From positions 14,857 to 78,856 of the IMG/VR virus record IMGVR_UViG_3300049215_000481: a stretch of DNA of 64,000 nucleotides, one strand, 5' to 3'. Every line of letters starts with the position of its first letter. Position 1 is the stretch's first letter. Below are positions 27,529 through 37,915 of this stretch, one piece after another. The translations under genes were made by a program, and so were the position numbers. The notes under the pieces are model-generated. The model searched no databases. It was not told where the DNA came from and worked only from the letters and a program-made list of their open reading frames with translations. This stretch comes from a virus.

Positions 27529-28704
27529 ATGCTCGGCCCTCAGCTCTTTCGAGCTGTACCTCCTGGTCCGACTCGGCTGAACTCGCACTCCCCTCTTGCA
27601 AAGGGGGCAGTGTTCGCTTGGGCTGCTGGTTCGGGCCTCGACGTCGTCAACGGCCTGCGCCCGGTGGGCACAGGACATTCGTTCGGCACCGTAGCTGGGC
27701 GGCGATCGTACCGGATGCCGGGGGTGGCCGGTTCCTTGGCCAACATCAGTTTCGGCGCCCCCACATCCGTTACGAATCTGGCCCAAGGGCCTTCGACGTA
27801 CGCCTTCTACTACTCGGTCAACGACACCCAGGCCGGCTGGGCGAACCTCGCGAGCCGTGCCGTTGGCGGCGTCAACTCAGGTGGCTGGAGCTGCCGCGGG
27901 TTCAACGAAGTCGTCTACTTCCTGGTCGAGAAGTCCACGACCGAGATGTACGCGGGCTTCAACGGCGGCGTCGCCAACAACGTCCCCGGAACGGTGGTGT
28001 TCACGTACACCGGCGGGAACACCGCAGCGACGGACATCAAGTGCTACATCAACGGGAAGCTGGTCTCCGCCGCGGTCACCCAGGACGGCGTCGGCTCGAA
28101 CCCATCTGACGCCAGCGCCACGCTCTACCTGGGTGTCTCGCGTGTCTCCAACGCCGACTTCAGTCTCAAGGGCGACATCATGGTCGGCGTTCTCGCCAAC
28201 CGTGTCTGGTCGGACGCCGAAGCCGCGGAGTTCGCACGAGACCCCTACAGCGTTTTCGCGGGCTCGAACCCAATCCCGGCCGTCAGCTACCCGGTCAACT
28301 GGACGGGCACAAGCTCGATTGCATTCGGCGGCTCGGGCTCGCTGACGGGCTCGGGCGCTCTCCATGGCAGCGCCACGGTCACGTTTGGCGGCAGCGGCGT
28401 CACCACCACGATCGGTCAGCTCGCGGGCACAACCGCCATCGTCTTCAGCGGTACAGCCGACTTCGGTGACTCGCAGATCCAGAGTGCAGCTCCCGCACAT
28501 CGGGACAGTCGAACCGTCGACGTAATCTTTTTCGGCCCCGTAGAGGAGGCCGCCGCACTGACCCCGGCCAACTACATCATGAACCATGGCGCCCAGGTCA
28601 TCTCGGTTACGAAGATCACGGCGACCTGGTACCGGCTCACGACCACACGCCTCGTCGACGGCCAGACGTACTCCCTGTCGTCCAAAAACATCGGACTCAC
28701 CTAA
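27529..28704 (+). CDS. LamG/concanavalin-like domain tail protein
   Basis: VVFTY...KCYINGKL...LYLG...LKGDI...NRVWSDAE pattern. Confidence 0.7.
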   Translation: MLGPQLFRAVPPGPTRLNSHSPLAKGAVFAWAAGSGLDVVNGLRPVGTGHSFGTVAGRRSYRMPGVAGSLANISFGAPTSVTNLAQGPSTYAFYYSVNDTQAGWANLASRAVGGVNSGGWSCRGFNEVVYFLVEKSTTEMYAGFNGGVANNVPGTVVFTYTGGNTAATDIKCYINGKLVSAAVTQDGVGSNPSDASATLYLGVSRVSNADFSLKGDIMVGVLANRVWSDAEAAEFARDPYSVFAGSNPIPAVSYPVNWTGTSSIAFGGSGSLTGSGALHGSATVTFGGSGVTTTIGQLAGTTAIVFSGTADFGDSQIQSAAPAHRDSRTVDVIFFGPVEEAAALTPANYIMNHGAQVISVTKITATWYRLTTTRLVDGQTYSLSSKNIGLT

Positions 28705-31446
28705 GTGCCAACCATCGTCGGACCAGGCTTCGCCCTGGAGAGCGTCACCCAGCTCAGCGCCACCTCACTCTGCGTGAAGTTCACGCAGAACCCGAAGGCG
28801 GTCTCTGCTGCGGCCACCAACGACGCGCTCAACCCCGAGAACTACTCGCTCACGGGGCCTGGGCTGAATCACGTCCTATCGGTCTCGACGGTGGCCGGCG
28901 ACCCGCAGTCCGTTGCACTCACGCTGAAGGCGCCCCTGCTCATCGGCGGGTGGACGCTCTCCGTCGCCAACGTAGTCGAGGACAACCTCAACGCGCTCAC
29001 GCCGCCGACCGCCCTCGACTTCATCGTCGCGACGCAGCCGACGCAGACCCCGCTCCACGGCGGCGCGTCCAACGACGAGGCAGCCGCGGTCATCCGCAAG
29101 TTCCTGAACCCCGCCCTCGTCGGCAAGGGCTGGGACTCGATGATCGCCGCTCTCGCCGCGGGCGACGCCGCGAACTGGGAGAACGCGAAGAAGGCCTTCA
29201 ACCAGCTCTTCCTCTCGACGGCCTCGGGCATCTACCTCGACCGCCGCGCGGGCGACTACGGCCAGAAGCGCCCCGAGGGCGTGGACATGCCGGACGAGAT
29301 TTTCCGCCGGCTGGCCATCATCGGCAAGACGCGCAAGCTCACGCAGGAAGCTGTCCTCGAAGTCCTGGAGGTCTACTACGGCCGGGACGCTCTCCGCGGC
29401 TTCGCCACGACGGGCACGTTCGAGACGTTCACCCTGAACGACGGCGACACCCTCTCCATCCTCTTCGACGAGAAGGACCTCGTCACCACCACGTTCAAGA
29501 GCAGCGAGTTCATCCGCATCTCGCAGGCGACGGCGCTGGAGGTGGCAGCGGCCATCACGCGCGCGTGCAAGGCGGCTGGCAACCAGGGCTTCGCGGTCGC
29601 GCAGACGGACCAGACGACTGGTCAGGTCGGCGTCCGCGTGTACAGCGGCAGCTTGGGCCTCAGCTCGTCGGTACGCATTGTCGGCGGGCGCGCGCAGACG
29701 CAGCTCCTGTTCCCGACGTCGATCTTCCCGTTCTCCAGCTCGTCTCCGACCGCCGTGTGGAGCGTCTCGCTCTCCCCGACGACGCCCGGCAACGTCCGCT
29801 TCACGATGACGAGCGGCTCGGTCTTCGACCTCACCGACGTGCAGGCCGGCGACCTCGTCTACATCTACGGCGCGGAGTTCGCCGCGTGCTCGTGCATCGG
29901 TACGTTCACGATCACCGACGTGTCCGTCACCTACGCGGGCTCGGTCAAGACGCAGTGGTTCGAGTTCGCGAACGAGGACGGCACCGCCGGCAGCGTCACG
30001 CAGACTAGCTTCACGGACTTGATGTTCTTCCGCCCGGTGCGGCACACCATCTACGAGCACCCGCGGCATGTGGTCGTGGCGCAGGCCGACGACGCGCTCG
30101 ACATCGTCATCCCGGCGACCACGCAGGCCGTCGGTCGCTCGCCCGGCATCGCCGGCTACCTGAACGACAACGACACCGTCGAGGTCACCTCCCTCGTTCG
30201 CACGCCGACGGGCGACATCACGGTCATGGCGTCGGCCCCGCACGGCCTCGCGGCGGGCGACCAGATCGTCATCGACGACGCGTTCCCCACGGGCGCTGCA
30301 GCTCCCGTCACGACGGGCGCCCCCAGCGGAGACTTCTCCGGCGGCGTGGCCACGGGCACGACGGACGCCTCGCTGGCGACGACGGCGAGCGAAGCGCACA
30401 CGTTCGAGGGGGTGAACCACAAGGTCGCGCGCACCCCCGAGGGCCTGCTGCTGATCATCGGCGGCCAGACGCAGACTAACGACGTGACCATCACCTCGCT
30501 CGCCAACCCGGTGGTCTTCGAGATCGTCAACGAGGTCGTCGACGGCAACACGGGTGGTCGCGAGCAGAACTACAAGTGGACGAAGCTCGCCAGCTCATTC
30601 CACACCGCGCGGCGCGCGTTCGGCCTCAGCGCATCGAGCTGGAGCGGCAAGGTGCTCGCCACCGGCGGGACGAACGGCGACGACGTCACCGGCACGCCCA
30701 ACAACCACTGGGACCTCTACACCTACACCAACGCGCCCCCGCGGAACACCCAGGCGACGGGCACGATGCCCATCTCCGTCGCCGCTCACGCACAGGCGTC
30801 CCTCGGCATCTACGGCGAGCTGATCTCCGGCGGCTGGACGACCCCTGGCGTCCCCATCGCAACCGCCTACATCTTCGACACCGTCGCGCAGACGTGGACT
30901 GCGAAGGCGTCGATGAAGCGCGCCCGCATGTACCACCAGATCGTGCCCCTGCCGGGAAACCCGCCCCTCGGGCTCGCCATCGGCGGCAAGACGGACACCA
31001 AGGTCCTGGCGGCTTGCGAGACCTACGACGCCGTCGAGGACGCCTGGACGCCCACGTGCTCCATGACGTACGCCCGATACAACTTCGGCGCAGTTGCACT
31101 CGGCGACGGGCGCGTGCTCGTGGTCGGCGGCAAGGGCTACCATGCCACGCAGAGCACGACGCAGGTGACGCTCGCGACGTGCGAGCTGTACGACCCGACG
31201 TCGAAACTCTGGAGTGTCATCCCACCGATGGCTCTCGCGCGTGAGAACCCGGCCATCGCCTACATCCCCTCCCAGAACGTCGTCATGGTGGCTGGCTCCG
31301 GCAGCACGACCATCGAGATCCTCGACGTCGCGACGATGCGCTGGAGGCGCTCGCTGTCCTCGTTGTCGGTGGCGTTCATCGGCTCTGTTGGTGCTCTCGC
31401 AGGCGTCGACACGTTCACGGTCATCGGCGGGGTCCTGGCAGGCTAG
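28705..31446 (+). CDS. Baseplate (I/gp48-like) protein with Kelch repeats, apparently C-terminally truncated
   Basis: LFLSTASGIYLDRRAGDYG..RP....DEIFRR motif; Kelch repeats (MTYARYNFGAVALGDGRVLVVGG..CELYDP..W); ends mid-repeat. Confidence 0.75.
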   Translation: MPTIVGPGFALESVTQLSATSLCVKFTQNPKAVSAAATNDALNPENYSLTGPGLNHVLSVSTVAGDPQSVALTLKAPLLIGGWTLSVANVVEDNLNALTPPTALDFIVATQPTQTPLHGGASNDEAAAVIRKFLNPALVGKGWDSMIAALAAGDAANWENAKKAFNQLFLSTASGIYLDRRAGDYGQKRPEGVDMPDEIFRRLAIIGKTRKLTQEAVLEVLEVYYGRDALRGFATTGTFETFTLNDGDTLSILFDEKDLVTTTFKSSEFIRISQATALEVAAAITRACKAAGNQGFAVAQTDQTTGQVGVRVYSGSLGLSSSVRIVGGRAQTQLLFPTSIFPFSSSSPTAVWSVSLSPTTPGNVRFTMTSGSVFDLTDVQAGDLVYIYGAEFAACSCIGTFTITDVSVTYAGSVKTQWFEFANEDGTAGSVTQTSFTDLMFFRPVRHTIYEHPRHVVVAQADDALDIVIPATTQAVGRSPGIAGYLNDNDTVEVTSLVRTPTGDITVMASAPHGLAAGDQIVIDDAFPTGAAAPVTTGAPSGDFSGGVATGTTDASLATTASEAHTFEGVNHKVARTPEGLLLIIGGQTQTNDVTITSLANPVVFEIVNEVVDGNTGGREQNYKWTKLASSFHTARRAFGLSASSWSGKVLATGGTNGDDVTGTPNNHWDLYTYTNAPPRNTQATGTMPISVAAHAQASLGIYGELISGGWTTPGVPIATAYIFDTVAQTWTAKASMKRARMYHQIVPLPGNPPLGLAIGGKTDTKVLAACETYDAVEDAWTPTCSMTYARYNFGAVALGDGRVLVVGGKGYHATQSTTQVTLATCELYDPTSKLWSVIPPMALARENPAIAYIPSQNVVMVAGSGSTTIEILDVATMRWRRSLSSLSVAFIGSVGALAGVDTFTVIGGVLAG

Positions 31447-31465
31447 CAGCAATCTTTCCGGGGAG

Positions 31466-32377
31466 ATGGAGTGGCTCACCGTCCTCACCTGCCCCGCGCG
31501 CCGCGAGTACTTCGCGGCCACGATTGCGTCCCTCAGGTGGGCCGGCAGCGACAAGTTCACGGGTGAGAAGATCGTCTTCATCGACGGCACCACCCAGCTC
31601 TCCGACGAGGACTGGGCCTGGTACCGCGAGGCGGCCCCGGGGTGGTCCTTCCGAAGCACTAGCCCTGACGGAGCCTCGATCGGCACCAAGCCGGCGATGC
31701 TCTCGCTGCTGCACCAAGCGGCCGAGGCAGCTGTCGAGCGCCTCGTCTACTGCGAGGACGACATCCTCTGCAGCAAGAACGCCATCCCAGCGATCCTGCG
31801 ACTGAAGGGCCACGACCGCCTCGCTTTCGTCAGCTTCTGCGACATCAAGAACCTCGGCTTCAAGCCGGGGCTCACCGAGGCGCCGGGCTACGACTTCGCA
31901 GGCCCCTCCGGCCAGGGTGGACACTGGGGCAACCAGATGTTGCTCCTCAGCGGCAAGGCCCTGCAGTACCTGCGGTCGACGACGGAGATGCCCGACTGGG
32001 GTATCAGCATCCCGAACCTCGGGCAGGACTGGCCGAAGAAGCCCGAGGACATCGCGCTCGGCAAGAAGGCGTCGGACATCATGCTGGGTATCTCCCTGGC
32101 GCTGCCGCCGGCCCCCTGGGCGAAGTACGGCATCTTCACCCCGTCGCTCTGCCAGCACATCGGCGAGCGCTCGTTGGTGAACCCGGTGGCGACTGCGAAC
32201 GGGTTCGGCCGGGACTCGCTCACGTGGCCAGGTACGGACTTCGACGCGCTCACTCTCAATCTTGAGGACCCTGAGCATCACGAGGCCATCCCGCACTGGA
32301 GGGCCGACAAGAGGACGCAGTACGCGATCCGATTCCGCGGCGGCAACGCGCGTCGCAACCGAGCAACGAAGGACTAG
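31466..32377 (+). CDS. Putative glycosyltransferase (GT-A fold)
   Basis: VLTCPARREYF..TIASL, YCEDD (DxD-like), PSLCQHIG motifs. Confidence 0.65.
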   Translation: MEWLTVLTCPARREYFAATIASLRWAGSDKFTGEKIVFIDGTTQLSDEDWAWYREAAPGWSFRSTSPDGASIGTKPAMLSLLHQAAEAAVERLVYCEDDILCSKNAIPAILRLKGHDRLAFVSFCDIKNLGFKPGLTEAPGYDFAGPSGQGGHWGNQMLLLSGKALQYLRSTTEMPDWGISIPNLGQDWPKKPEDIALGKKASDIMLGISLALPPAPWAKYGIFTPSLCQHIGERSLVNPVATANGFGRDSLTWPGTDFDALTLNLEDPEHHEAIPHWRADKRTQYAIRFRGGNARRNRATKD

Positions 32378-32935
32378 ATGACGATCACGTGGAAAGACGT
32401 ACCCGGTTGGTTTAGCTGGCCAGCGATCTATGACGACGCCATTGCGCGCGCTCCCCAGTCGGGAGCGCTGTTCGTGGACGTCGGTGTGTTCTGCGGCAGG
32501 TCGGTCATCTACCTGGCCCAGAAGGCGATGGAGGCCGGCAAGGACATCAGGATCGACGCGGTCTACGACTACAGCCGCTCCTTCGGCCTGACGCCGGACG
32601 CGACGCGCGCGTTCTTCGAGGTGTGCGGTGTGACCGACAAGATCACGCTTCGCACCGGGCGCCCCGCCGCGCAGGCGACGGCTTACGCCGACGACTCCAT
32701 CGACATGCTCTACCTCGACTGCGACCACTCGTACGAGGCGATGGTTGCGGTCATCAGCGCCTTCCTGCCGAAGGTGAAGAGCGGCGGCGTCATCGCGGGT
32801 GACGACTACACGGACAAGTGGCCTGGCGTCATCAGGGCGGTGACGGAGCTGCTGCCGAACGCGCAGGTCATCGACTGCACCGACGGCCTCACGCCGGAGA
32901 CGAAAGGTACGACCTTCCGCTGGGTCAAGCCGTAA
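32378..32935 (+). CDS. Class I SAM-dependent methyltransferase (Methyltransf_24-like)
   Basis: FVDVGVFCGRS, IDMLYLDCDHSYE, LPKVKSGGVIAGDDY. Confidence 0.88.
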   Translation: MTITWKDVPGWFSWPAIYDDAIARAPQSGALFVDVGVFCGRSVIYLAQKAMEAGKDIRIDAVYDYSRSFGLTPDATRAFFEVCGVTDKITLRTGRPAAQATAYADDSIDMLYLDCDHSYEAMVAVISAFLPKVKSGGVIAGDDYTDKWPGVIRAVTELLPNAQVIDCTDGLTPETKGTTFRWVKP

Positions 32936-32941
32936 GGACGC

Positions 32942-34579
32942 ATGTCCCTCCACTTCCAATACCCGACCATCGCCGGGGCCACCGTCACGAACACGGTGGG
33001 CCTGGCGCTGCGCGCTGACCACACGTGGACGGTCGACTGGACCACGCTGGGGTCGCCGGTCCAGGTCACGCTCTCTTTCGACGGTCAGATCGACCCGGCG
33101 GTGTTCCCCGGCGGCATCGCGCTCTGGGCGTCGTCCATCTCAGGTGACACGAGCGGCACCGGCGCTCTGCTCGCAGAGATCGAGCTGCCTCTGGGCGGTA
33201 CGGTCGCGTGGGGGCCCAACACCTACGCCGAGACGTGGACGACGACGAGTGCGACCAGCGTCGTCGTGAAGCAGATCGCGATCGACGGCTCGACCCTCCC
33301 GACGGGCATCAACGCTCTCACGCTCTCCATCCTGGCTGGCCAGGTCCAGTACAGCAACGTCGACGGCGGCCTGAACATCATCGTCAGCCCCACGAACGAC
33401 CCGCTCCACGACCCAGACGCCACCATCCTCTGGTACTCGGCCGGCGAGTCGGGCCCGGCGACGACATGGACGAACTTCAACTCGCTGCCCGATCCATCGC
33501 TCGCGCGCTTCACGAACCCGAACCCCAGCGGCACCTTCTACCTGAGCTTCACCGCGGCCGTCGGCGGCGGCACGGTCACGCCGTCCGGGTTCCGCAACTT
33601 CGAGATCGACCTACTCCAGTACGAGCACTTCACGACGACGGTCACCGTCGCGAACCCCGGCCCGTCGAAGCCGTACCTCGTGTTCACGTCCTTCGCGGGC
33701 GAGATGGGCGAAGAGGCCGGGTTCGCATCCGTCACGCTCGAGTATAAGAACGGCGACGTCTTGATCGCAGACGTCGCGCCTGCACCACCGGGCCCCGGCG
33801 CCACGGGGAAGTTCAACTACGTCGTCATCAAGGCGTCCGAGGTCCGCCGCCAGGGCGGCTTGAATCGAGAGGGGTCCGTGGCGTCCGTGCTCACGAGCAC
33901 CGCGTTCACCCTCAAGGCGACCGACCAGGACTACACTCGGCCGTACACCGAGGCGAGCGGCTCGGTCGTCGTGAAGAAGAAGGCCCCGGCGGCCCCGAAC
34001 GGCGTCCCGGGTCCGTTCTCGTACGACGTCAAAAACGGGCTGCCTGTCACGAGCACCGACGCCAAGCTCGGCCAGACGATCGAGAAGGGCCGCAAGTACT
34101 CCTCGATCATGCTCGACACCAGCTCGGACTCGTCGCCCGCGATGAGCTTCCCCGACGCTGAGGGGTTCCTCGTCTTCAACTTCGGCCGCGCCAACGTCGT
34201 CGGCCCGGTCAAGTACCTGGGGCGCCTCGGCACCGCAGAGCTGGCCATCGACGCCTCCTTCGCCTTCCCCGCTTCGTTTGACGTCGGTGTGACGGTCACC
34301 CTGCTCTCGGGCCGCACCCCCTTCCAGCCTCCCCAGGGCACGAACCCGGGCAACTTCTACGCAACCGGCTCGGCCGCTGGGCGCGTCGCCGCTCAGGCGT
34401 CGATCGACGACACCGTCGCTTCCGGCGTCAACGTCAACGTCGACGTGGTGTACCCGAGCGACCGCGGCCTCGGCGGCGAGGGCCTCCCGGCCAAGGGGGC
34501 GCAGAAGCTCTCCGACAAGGTGGCAGTGTGGGGCGGCGACGACCTGGACGCTGAGGTCGCGAAGGCCAAGAAAGAGTAG
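32942..34579 (+). CDS. Virion/baseplate-associated protein
   Basis: 545 aa; the C-terminal half looks like the missing end of the 28705 protein. Confidence 0.6.
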   Translation: MSLHFQYPTIAGATVTNTVGLALRADHTWTVDWTTLGSPVQVTLSFDGQIDPAVFPGGIALWASSISGDTSGTGALLAEIELPLGGTVAWGPNTYAETWTTTSATSVVVKQIAIDGSTLPTGINALTLSILAGQVQYSNVDGGLNIIVSPTNDPLHDPDATILWYSAGESGPATTWTNFNSLPDPSLARFTNPNPSGTFYLSFTAAVGGGTVTPSGFRNFEIDLLQYEHFTTTVTVANPGPSKPYLVFTSFAGEMGEEAGFASVTLEYKNGDVLIADVAPAPPGPGATGKFNYVVIKASEVRRQGGLNREGSVASVLTSTAFTLKATDQDYTRPYTEASGSVVVKKKAPAAPNGVPGPFSYDVKNGLPVTSTDAKLGQTIEKGRKYSSIMLDTSSDSSPAMSFPDAEGFLVFNFGRANVVGPVKYLGRLGTAELAIDASFAFPASFDVGVTVTLLSGRTPFQPPQGTNPGNFYATGSAAGRVAAQASIDDTVASGVNVNVDVVYPSDRGLGGEGLPAKGAQKLSDKVAVWGGDDLDAEVAKAKKE

Positions 34580-34607
34580 CCCGCCCGCAATCTTGTGTGA
34601 GTAGCCC

Positions 34608-35039
34608 ATGGCTCGCTCACACCTCATCACAGGGGCGAAGGTTGCCCTTTACGTCAACGGGGAGCGCTACGGGCGCGTCTTCGACTTCCGCTGGAGCCCC
34701 GAGACGCCCAAGCGGGCGATCCACGGCATCGACTCGCAGGAGGCATTCGAGCTGGCGCCGACCATCGCGCGGTGCACGGGCTCGATGAACATCCTCCGCC
34801 TGTCCGGAGACGGCGGGGCCGAGGGGGCGGGCCTCTCCGTGCCGTTCCCCGAGCTGAGCCGCGAGCAGTACTTCAGCCTCGTGCTCGTCGAGATCCCAAC
34901 GAACCTCGTGCTGTTCGCCTCTCGCCAGTGCTCAGCGAACTCTCAGTCCTGGGGCGCGGCGACGCGCGACTACGTGCGCGGGTCCGTGAACTTCGAGTGC
35001 ATCGGTTGGAACAACGAAGTGAAGCCGTTCAACCGGTAG
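34608..35039 (+). CDS. Tail tube-like protein
   Basis: 143 aa; ITGAKVALYVNG...IHGIDS.EAFELAP...CTGSM...QSW...VNFECI pattern of tube folds. Confidence 0.6.
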   Translation: MARSHLITGAKVALYVNGERYGRVFDFRWSPETPKRAIHGIDSQEAFELAPTIARCTGSMNILRLSGDGGAEGAGLSVPFPELSREQYFSLVLVEIPTNLVLFASRQCSANSQSWGAATRDYVRGSVNFECIGWNNEVKPFNR

Positions 35040-35063
35040 CCGCAATCTTCACCTGGAAACTAG

Positions 35064-36806
35064 ATGAGCGTTCTTCGTCAAGAAAACTGGCTCGGCCAGC
35101 AGCGCGTTGACATCCCCCACCTGCGCTCCATCGAGAGTGCGGTGGCGGGCGACTTCGACCTCCTGGCCGGCACCATCCTCGCGGGCAAGGCCCCGCTGGT
35201 GGCGTCGGGCTTCTACGTCTTCACGACCGCTGTCACCAAGGCGGAGGCGCTCCAAGTCCAGGTCGGCGACGCGACGCTGATCCACTTCTACGCTTCCGAG
35301 AGCGGCTCCATCTTCCATGTGCCGGCGGACCGCGCGGCGGAGACGCTGTCTTCGACGAACCCGCGGGTCTCGGGCTCGTTCACGCCCGGCCAGGTCAACT
35401 ACGTGGGCATCGACCTCGTTCGCTCAGCGGACGACAGCACGGTCGACCTCGTGCAGTTCATCGACACGAACTCCTTGCTGGAGGACCCCAAGTCGGTCCC
35501 GCTCGCGCGCACCCTCGACTACCGCTTCGTCATCTCGACGACGGACTTCGAGTCGAACCCGAGCGTCGCCCCCATCGCGCGCGTCACGCTCGACGCGTCG
35601 AGCGGCGTCATCGCCGTCGAGGACGCCCGCAACATCTTCTGGCGCCTGGGCACCGGCGGCAGCACGCCCAACGCGCTCTACAACTACCCGTGGCCCGGCG
35701 GACGTCGCGAAGAGTCCAGCGGCGACAAGTTCCTCGGCGGCGACAAGGGCATCAAGAGCCTCAAGGAGTGGATGGACGCGGCGATGAGCCGCATCTGGGA
35801 GGTCGGCGGCGGCGAGCACTGGTACAGCCCCGGCGCGGACCGCAACGTGGTCCTCGCGCGCACGGGCTCGCCGTTCGTCAGCTCGGGCGAGTACTTCGAG
35901 TGGGACGGCACCAACCTCCACTGGAAGGGCCTCGTCGTCACGTTCGCGAACTCGACCGGCATCTTCAACGAGACCATTAGCGCGACGAGCGACCAGGCGG
36001 GACTCACTGACCTCGCGGACGGCGAGTGCATCTACGTCGACATCGACAGGTCGCAGAACCGCTACGTCACGCCTCCCCTGGGCGGCGCGACCGCACTGCA
36101 GCCCCAGAAGGCACCGCTCGCCCAGCTCGGCAACCCCGCTGTCCCCGGGAGCCGCTGGGTCCTGGCGTGGCGCTACGGCTCGAACATCTACGTCCGCGAC
36201 CAGTCGTACCCGGTCGGTTCGTCGTTCAAGCTCGCGACGACGGCCGCCGCTGGTGGCGTGAAGGTCTCCGCGTCCGACAGCGCCTCGGTGTCCCCGATCA
36301 CCGTCGCGACAGTGGACTCGGTCAGCAAGGCTGCGTACGCCTCCGGTATCACGCGCGGCTCCGACTTCTTCGGGGGCCCCGGCGATATCCAGATTGGCGG
36401 CTTCGGCTCGTACGACCACCGCGTACTCATCAAGGCTGGACGGCCCATCGACGACGTCCGCATCGAGGGTTCGCAGAACTTCACCTCGGGCTTCAACTCG
36501 CCGTGCTCGATCGCCAACACGCTCGACTTCGTCACGACCGACCTCCAGGCGCGCACGCTCAGGCTCATCGGCTACAACGGCTCCGAGTCGCGCGAAGAGG
36601 ACGCCCACCAGTTCCATTCCGGCGGCGGCATGGGCTGGCGCGCAGTCATCGACGAGCCGGCCACTCCGACGCCGACTTCGGCGCAGCCCATCTGCGCGGT
36701 GGAGTTCTACCGCCAGCTCGGGACCACGCCAAACGCCCGATACCAGAAGTGCATCAAGTGGCCCGACGGAGACATCACCGTCATCGCCGAGAGCAACACC
36801 TTCTAA
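35064..36806 (+). CDS. Tail/baseplate structural protein
   Basis: 580 aa; late motif upstream; beta-rich. Confidence 0.6.
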   Translation: MSVLRQENWLGQQRVDIPHLRSIESAVAGDFDLLAGTILAGKAPLVASGFYVFTTAVTKAEALQVQVGDATLIHFYASESGSIFHVPADRAAETLSSTNPRVSGSFTPGQVNYVGIDLVRSADDSTVDLVQFIDTNSLLEDPKSVPLARTLDYRFVISTTDFESNPSVAPIARVTLDASSGVIAVEDARNIFWRLGTGGSTPNALYNYPWPGGRREESSGDKFLGGDKGIKSLKEWMDAAMSRIWEVGGGEHWYSPGADRNVVLARTGSPFVSSGEYFEWDGTNLHWKGLVVTFANSTGIFNETISATSDQAGLTDLADGECIYVDIDRSQNRYVTPPLGGATALQPQKAPLAQLGNPAVPGSRWVLAWRYGSNIYVRDQSYPVGSSFKLATTAAAGGVKVSASDSASVSPITVATVDSVSKAAYASGITRGSDFFGGPGDIQIGGFGSYDHRVLIKAGRPIDDVRIEGSQNFTSGFNSPCSIANTLDFVTTDLQARTLRLIGYNGSESREEDAHQFHSGGGMGWRAVIDEPATPTPTSAQPICAVEFYRQLGTTPNARYQKCIKWPDGDITVIAESNTF

Positions 36807-36815
36807 GAGTCCGAC

Positions 36816-36971
36816 ATGGCTGACAACACGCCTCCCCCGCCTCCCACTGTGACGATCCTGCGCTGCTCTTGCGGCAAGCAGATCGGCAAGATGACAACCG
36901 CCGCTCCGCCGGTCTCGGTGCCAGCAGTCGCATGCTTCCACTGCGCTGGCGACAGGAAGGGGAAGGCCTAA
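36816..36971 (+). CDS. Small zinc-finger protein (51 aa, not in the ORF track)
   Basis: MADNTPPPP..RCSCGK...CFHC; its stop TAA overlaps the next ATG. Confidence 0.5.
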   Translation: MADNTPPPPPTVTILRCSCGKQIGKMTTAAPPVSVPAVACFHCAGDRKGKA

Positions 36972-37897
36972 TGGCATTTCGTGGTGGCAGTGGCGTCGAC
37001 CCTTTCTTCTACGGGAATGGCGTCCTCGGAGATCTAGTCTTCAGCTCGACGACGATCCTCGTGCAGGACCTCTACGCGAAGCGCATTTCGTTCGTGAAGA
37101 ACGACCCGCTCGACCCAGACTTCTCGATCCGACTGTACGGGTGTCGCCTGTTCGCGACCGAGAGCATCCACATCGGCCCAGGCGTCACGATCGACGCCTC
37201 CGGCCTGCCCGGCAACTCGGGCAGCGCTGCCGGCGCAGGTGGGGTCGGCACAGACTCTGGCTCTTCCATCCTCGGCGGTGGTGGCTCGGGCGGCAACGGT
37301 GGCAACGCCGGTGTCGCGGGCGCGAACGCTGACACCATGGACGTACCGGCGAACACGGGTGGCCAGGGTGGCAGCTCCACCAGCGGAGCGCACGCTGGCG
37401 GCACCGGCGGCATCTACGTGCTCGACCCGCAGTACGCAGGCTCGGCGTTCAGCATCCAGGCGATGCTCCTCGGCCACATTCTGGCGCGCGGTACGAACTA
37501 CATCATCGGAGGCGGCTCGGGCGGCGGTGGTGGTGCCGGTGCTGCAGCCACGGGCGGCGGCGGAGGCGCGGGAGGTGGGGTGATCTGCATGGCGGCCCCC
37601 ACCATCACTCACGAGGGCATCATGACTGTAAAGGGTGGGCGCGGCGGCGACGGCCACACGTCAGGAGGGGGCGGTGGCGGCGGCGGCGCTGGCGGCCGGA
37701 TCATGCTGATGTACGGCAAGCTCAACAACTTCGGCGGGACCTTCGACTACAGCGGTGGCAACGGCGGCGACGGCAAGAACGGCGTGACCAACCTCGGTGG
37801 GCGCGGTGGTGGCGGAGGCGTGCTGACGATCTTCTCCGACGAGGCGCACTCCGGTTCATTCAGCGGCAGCAACGGCTCGGACGGAGCCCACGGCTAG
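36971..37897 (+). CDS. Glycine-rich tail fiber-like protein
   Basis: Multiple GGGGG tracts separated by beta segments; starts MAFRGG. Confidence 0.7.
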   Translation: MAFRGGSGVDPFFYGNGVLGDLVFSSTTILVQDLYAKRISFVKNDPLDPDFSIRLYGCRLFATESIHIGPGVTIDASGLPGNSGSAAGAGGVGTDSGSSILGGGGSGGNGGNAGVAGANADTMDVPANTGGQGGSSTSGAHAGGTGGIYVLDPQYAGSAFSIQAMLLGHILARGTNYIIGGGSGGGGGAGAAATGGGGGAGGGVICMAAPTITHEGIMTVKGGRGGDGHTSGGGGGGGGAGGRIMLMYGKLNNFGGTFDYSGGNGGDGKNGVTNLGGRGGGGGVLTIFSDEAHSGSFSGSNGSDGAHG

Positions 37898-37915
37898 CCC
37901 CGTCGCAATCTTCAG

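Noticed and set aside
28523-32263. AATCTT copies inside coding sequence (28523, 32257)
   Set aside because: They are more than 100 nt from the next start and a few chance copies are expected; not counted as promoters
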